64,000 bases of DNA from positions 124,001 through 188,000 of the forward strand of contig NW_026782038.1 of NCBI RefSeq assembly GCF_031769215.1. The letters are read 5' to 3'. A model generated the notes under the pieces. It was not told where the DNA came from, did no database searches, and saw only the letters and a program-made list of their open reading frames with translations. The stretch's first letter is position 1, and every line of letters begins with the position of its first letter. This stretch comes from Ylistrum balloti (lineage: Eukaryota). The translations under genes were made by a program, and so were the position numbers. This document shows, piece by piece, positions 63,976 through 64,000 of this stretch.

Positions 63976-64000
63976 AAGAAGACAAAGGATTTCTTGTACA

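Overview
AT-rich eukaryotic genomic DNA from an invertebrate, probably a bivalve mollusc (inferred from the repeat families). Bases 1-42 kb hold a tandem array of six intact type-B carboxylesterase/cholinesterase-like genes (two on +, four on -). Each has a ~1.55-kb exon carrying the signal peptide and full Ser-Glu-His triad, one phase-2 intron inside the FAKxG/NPN glycine, and a 175-nt last exon ending in the ER-retrieval motif KTEL. Copies 1/2 and 5/6 are duplicate pairs with near-identical patches and divergence focused on active-site loops. The right part (about 45.5-64 kb) is CpG-poor and contains the first three coding exons of NTAN1, with introns filled by at least six unrelated minisatellites. 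One of these appears to arise from the 3' end of a Hero/R2-type retrotransposon. Decayed L2/CR1-like LINE, Penelope-like, Helentron-type non-autonomous, MITE and SINE relics are scattered throughout, plus a degenerate hammerhead-ribozyme motif. No rRNA, tRNA or CRISPR array was found. There is one 163-N assembly gap. All identities and counts are manual estimates.
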